Source: Nostoc sp.
GTDB taxonomy: Bacteria; Cyanobacteriota; Cyanobacteriia; Cyanobacteriales; Nostocaceae
Direction of reading: 5' to 3'
Assembly: GCA_036918135.1 (NCBI GenBank)
Contig: JBALDB010000007.1
Location: 128,001-192,000, forward strand
Length of the DNA stretch: 64,000 nt
A program made the position numbers and the translations under genes. This document shows positions 60,034-64,000 of the stretch, piece by piece. The notes under the pieces are model-generated. The model worked only from the letters and a program-made list of their open reading frames with translations. It did not search any database and was not told the DNA's origin. Positions within the stretch are counted from its first letter, which is position 1; each line of letters begins with the position of its first letter.

Positions 60034-61335
60034 ATGCTCTCAGGAGCTATTTCTCCGAATAAAGCAGAATTATTGCAAAATTTCACCATGATGAATAACT
60101 GGTTTGATACAGCTCGATTGGGGATGTTTATTCATTGGGGACATAGTTCTCAACAAGGATGTGAGTTATCTTGGCCGTTAGTTGGAGGTGTATTCAGCCT
60201 GCCTTTTTGCAAAAATATTCCAGTTGAGAAATATCACTACACAGCTAATACTTTCAATCCACAGCAATACAATCCTCAAGAGTGGGCAGATTTAGCAAAA
60301 AGTCTAGGAATGAAATATGCCATATTAACAGCCAAGCATCATAATGGTTTTGCCCTATTCCATACCCAAGAATCAGACTTTTCAATTGCATCTGCACTTT
60401 ACAAAAAAGATATTGTACGTGAATTTATCGCAGCGATGCGCTCTGTAGGATTACGTATTGGTCTTTATTTTTCACTTAGTGACTGGCATCATCTTGACTA
60501 TCCGGCTTTTACAGAGGCAGATAAACCTTATCGCTTCGATCGACTACCTCAACCTACAGCGCAACAATGGGAGCGATATATCCAATTTATGTTCAATCAG
60601 ATACGAGAATTATTGACCAACTATGGTCAAATCGATATCATTTGGTTTGACGGAAGTTGGGAACGCACTCCAGAGCAATGGCAGGCTCAAAAATTAGTGA
60701 AAATGATTCGTGATTTACAACCGAATATTCTCATTAACGATCGCCTACCTAATTGTGGAGACTTTGAAACTCCTGAGCAGTTTATTCCCCCTCAACCACT
60801 CGATCGTCCTTGGGAAACCTGTCTGACTATTAATGAAAGTTGGGGATATAATTCAGATGATTGCAACTTCAAATCCTCTCGTCAATTAATTCATACCCTT
60901 TGCGAAGTAGCAGGCAAAGGAGGCAATCTCTTGCTTAATGTTAGTCCAATGGGTAATGGACAAATCCCTCCTGAGCAGTTAGAGCGTCTCAAAGATATAG
61001 CAGATTGGATGTCTCTTCATTCTGAAAGTATACTTGATACAACCCCAGGATTAGAACCGTGGCAATTTTATGGCCCCTCAACTCGTAAGGGCAATCGCAT
61101 TTATCTACACCTATTAATGAAACCTTACGAAACAATATCAGTTAGGGGTATACCAATCAAACAAGTAAAATCGGTGTTTGTTCTTGCTGATGGCATAGCA
61201 CTAAGCTACACAAGTCGCTGTGCAATTATAGATTCTATCCTCAATTCTAATCCTTTAGGAGAATTAACAATTGATGTACCTGAATCAGTAATTAATCCAT
61301 ACGTTACAGTAATTTGTATTGATATTGATTCTTGA
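60034..61335 (+). CDS. Alpha-L-fucosidase (GH29), start probably 60088
   Basis: WFDTARLGMFIHWG, TAKHHNGF, GLYFSLSDWH, IWFDG, INDR, WETC, GGNLLLNV. Confidence 0.92.
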   Translation: MLSGAISPNKAELLQNFTMMNNWFDTARLGMFIHWGHSSQQGCELSWPLVGGVFSLPFCKNIPVEKYHYTANTFNPQQYNPQEWADLAKSLGMKYAILTAKHHNGFALFHTQESDFSIASALYKKDIVREFIAAMRSVGLRIGLYFSLSDWHHLDYPAFTEADKPYRFDRLPQPTAQQWERYIQFMFNQIRELLTNYGQIDIIWFDGSWERTPEQWQAQKLVKMIRDLQPNILINDRLPNCGDFETPEQFIPPQPLDRPWETCLTINESWGYNSDDCNFKSSRQLIHTLCEVAGKGGNLLLNVSPMGNGQIPPEQLERLKDIADWMSLHSESILDTTPGLEPWQFYGPSTRKGNRIYLHLLMKPYETISVRGIPIKQVKSVFVLADGIALSYTSRCAIIDSILNSNPLGELTIDVPESVINPYVTVICIDIDS

Positions 61336-61441
61336 GTAATTAATGTAAATTACAGCGAGCTGGCAAATATTCTATCTGACGTTTTTCAATGTTGACCTAC
61401 TTATCAATTCAAACTCCAACCAAATTTTAAAAGAATTTCTT

Positions 61442-61473
61442 CCCCAGTCCCCAGTACCTAGTCCCTAGTACCA
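61442..61473 (+). repeat. STRR-type heptamer repeat
   Basis: ccccagtccccagtacctagtccctagtacca. Confidence 0.7.
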
Positions 61474-61960
61474 GCCCTTTCAAGGTGTTGTGTTATGGGC
61501 TGATTTATTGTTTGGTTTAGGGAGGTGGAAATACTGGGGGAAGACAAAAATGCTGCTAGGTGAGGTGTTTGATAATTTTGTTCAAAAAAGTCCAGTATTT
61601 GTGATGGTTCGTGGACTTTTAGAGAAAGTACTTTGTCCACACAGACTCGATGAACTATTTGAGTGCAGTGCAAAGACCCAGTACACCCGCGAGTTACTGT
61701 TCTCTACATTGGTCAATTTAATCAGCCTTGTGGTTTGCGGAATTCACCCATCAGTACATGCCGCACATCAGGCATTAGCTGAGGAGATTGGGGTTTGAGT
61801 CACTTCGGTCTACAATAAACTCAATGGTGTCGAGCCGACTGTCAGTGCAAAGCTAGTCAGAGAAATAGCCAGTCAACTAGAAGCCACGATTCGACATCTT
61901 AACGCCACACTGCCCGATTTGCTACCAGGTTATCGAGTCAAGATTCTTGATGGCAATGCG
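61472..61960 (+). mobile_element. Truncated IS4-like DDE transposase pseudogene
   Basis: From ATG 61550: FDNFVQKSPV..QYTRELLFS..EIGV*VTSVYNKL..LLPGYRVKILDGNA in one frame, with TGA at 61796; ends just after the first catalytic Asp. Confidence 0.8.
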
Positions 61961-61989
61961 TTCCCCGAAGGGGTTGTCGAAGACATCGC

Positions 61990-62554
61990 AGCTTCTGGTT
62001 ACGATTACGATTACGATAGTCAGGTTTATAGTAGGACATCTAGCGATAATACCCTTAACGAGTGTGCAGGTAGCGATCGCTTGATTGTTGAATCTTCATC
62101 AGGTGATAATTTACTGGATGGCGGGGATGGAAATGATACTCTTATATCCCTTGATTCCATTGGTAAAAACACCCTCAAAGGTGGTAACGGCAATGATACT
62201 CTCACTGGTGGCAAAGGAAATGATAGCCTTTATGGGGGAGGCGGTATTGATACCTTTGTTTTCAATAGTTTTAATCAAGGCAGCGATCGCATTTATGATT
62301 TCAACGCTACTAATGAAGTGATTCAGGTATCAGCTGCTGGTTTTGGTGGTGGTTTATCACCAGGTGTACTTAAGACAAGTCAGTTTAAAATCGGTACATC
62401 TGCAACCACAACTAGTCAGCGATTTATTTATAACAATACTACAGGTGCATTGTTCTTTGACTCTGATGGTAGTGCAGGTGCGTTTACTCAGGTACAGTTT
62501 GCACAACTTACTGCTGGCTTGTCACTAACCAACAACAATTTTGTGATTGTTTGA
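61990..62554 (+). pseudogene. C-terminal fragment of an RTX Ca-binding protein, fused in frame to the IS fragment
   Basis: GGDGNDTL, GGNGNDTL, GGKGNDSL nonapeptides; RFIYNNTTGALFFDSDG C-terminus; no start of its own. Confidence 0.75.
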
Positions 62555-62604
62555 AGGTAATTAGGGTTTCACCCCAAACAGCAAGCAAGATAATAAACCT
62601 TGAA

Positions 62605-62636
62605 AATGCGAGGTACTATTCTAAACACCTCGCATT
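62605..62636 (+). terminator. Hairpin downstream of the RTX fragment
   Basis: aatgcgaggt ... acctcgcatt 10-bp arms. Confidence 0.55.
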
Positions 62637-63432
62637 ACATTCATCTATGCGTTTGTAATCAAGGGCAAGCGATCGCAATTTTAACTTAGATACAATTTAT
62701 TTTTCTTGTGATGTGTACCCTGCCTCACATATCGCAGCGTTCAACAAGCAAAACATCTATTTTTTCTTTATTCAGAGAATATTTGCTTACTGGTTTGTAC
62801 AAATTCTTTGACTTTCAAAAGATAAAGTATACATCAAGTTCAGTAGTTATATATATTTTTTAATAAACAATCTCAAGAAGATGCAAAGATATTTATCTAA
62901 ATCTAGATATCTAAGTAAATATTCGCTATTGAGTTAGTTATGATGTTATTTAGATATTTCCTTTTTTGAAGCCAAATACCCAAGGGCGAAGGACAAAGAT
63001 TCTTTTCCCTGTAGCCCCATCAAGTGTTCCCTATTTTCTAACTAGTGAGACTTACGCATTGACAAAACAACTAAATTATGAGTTGTGGATTTGCGACATT
63101 CAAGCTTGATTTTTCAACTGTTTTTTAGCAATGTCTATGGCAGATGTTTGCCTATAGGACTGATGAAGAATAATTGAAATTTGCTTGAAACTCGTTTTTT
63201 GTGAATCTACAAGCTGATGAATTTTAGACGCCCTTAAGACTTGGATAGTCGCATTAGATAAGTAATACTTACAAGTTAATTTAAAGGAGAATATATATCA
63301 AAAATTTATAACCTTCAAAAGTGAGAAAAGTATATCGAAAGCCTCAACTTTCGGCGAATTTTTGTGCCTTCAAACACTAAAATTTGAAAACTCAAAGTTA
63401 CTGCCAAACATCTATTAAGGAAGGAGAAAGTA

Positions 63433-64000
63433 ATGACATCTACTATTATTGGAACCAATGGAAATGACACCCTAGATGGCACTAACGACGACGCCAACAT
63501 AATTAACGGTAAAGCTGGCAATGATATCATCACAGCTGGTTCTGACAACGACACTTTAACGGGTGGGGGCGGCAAAGATACATTTGTTTTTTATGGCTCA
63601 AACGACGGCACTGATATAATCACTGATTTCGGTGGCGTAGGTAAAGGAACAAATCTAACAGCAGCAGTAATTGCGGAAGTCGATACTATCCAATTTACTG
63701 CTAACTATTTTGAATTGACTGTGCGAAATTTGCTACTCACCCAAAATGGTAGCAATCTAGAAATTAGTTTTGAAAGGGGATATAACACAAAAATCATCCT
63801 GCAAAACTTCAAACTAGAAAACTTAGGTAATCTGAAAGCTTCTGGTACAAGACCAGCGATTGGTAATATCCTGTTTGCTGGGGAAACTAGCATTACCGAC
63901 AGTTTTAATGTCCTAGATGCCAACTCTACTGATACAAGCATTGGTATCAAGAACACGGTAACCTTCCTCAATGACCTGAATAACAACATTACAGGTTTAG
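63433..64000 (+). CDS. RTX Ca-binding protein, 3'-truncated by window edge (not in the ORF track)
   Basis: AAGGAG RBS; MTSTIIGTNGNDTLDG..GKAGNDII..DNDTLTGGGGKDTF..DIITDFGG, open to the end of the window. Confidence 0.88.
   Translation, partial: MTSTIIGTNGNDTLDGTNDDANIINGKAGNDIITAGSDNDTLTGGGGKDTFVFYGSNDGTDIITDFGGVGKGTNLTAAVIAEVDTIQFTANYFELTVRNLLLTQNGSNLEISFERGYNTKIILQNFKLENLGNLKASGTRPAIGNILFAGETSITDSFNVLDANSTDTSIGIKNTVTFLNDLNNNITGL

Noticed and set aside
61919..62554. 211-aa ORF as an intact gene
   Set aside because: Its TTG start lies inside the transposase remnant; it is a chimera
63315..63989. Two minus-strand ORFs at the window end
   Set aside because: Antisense to the plus-strand RTX gene starting at 63433

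Overview
AT-rich DNA from a cyanobacterium, most likely a Nostocales filament, judged from frequent HIP1 GCGATCGC octamers, STRR-like heptamer repeats and GTAG-type REP hairpins. 1-27.5 kb is the 3' part of a hybrid NRPS-PKS cluster. Its order is: NRPS (C-A-T-C), a SyrP/TauD-like hydroxylase, an NRPS opening with a catalytically dead 'interface' C domain (I-A-T-E), NRPS (C-A-T), a terminal PKS with a dead AT (KS-AT0-KR-ACP-TE), MFS, MbtH, a glycerate-derived hydroxy/methoxymalonyl-ACP cassette (FkbK/J/I/H-like) and two KS-less AT proteins, one fused to a carrier domain and an FkbM methyltransferase. 27.6-42.7 kb is a TpsB / CHAT protease / DUF928 / TpsA / CHASE2 kinase / response regulator / sigma-70-like block with an IS66 remnant. 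43.1-48.9 kb holds a FAAL-ACP, a P450 and a CmlA-like di-iron beta-hydroxylase, probably a detached part of the same lipopeptide pathway. The rest is Eis-like GNAT, AMIN/class-A serine hydrolase, di-heme peroxidase, DMT, alpha/beta hydrolase, gene scars, GH29 fucosidase, an IS4-RTX chimera joined at a HIP1 site, and a truncated RTX Ca-binding gene. All domain and specificity calls were made by eye from motifs; no database searches were run.
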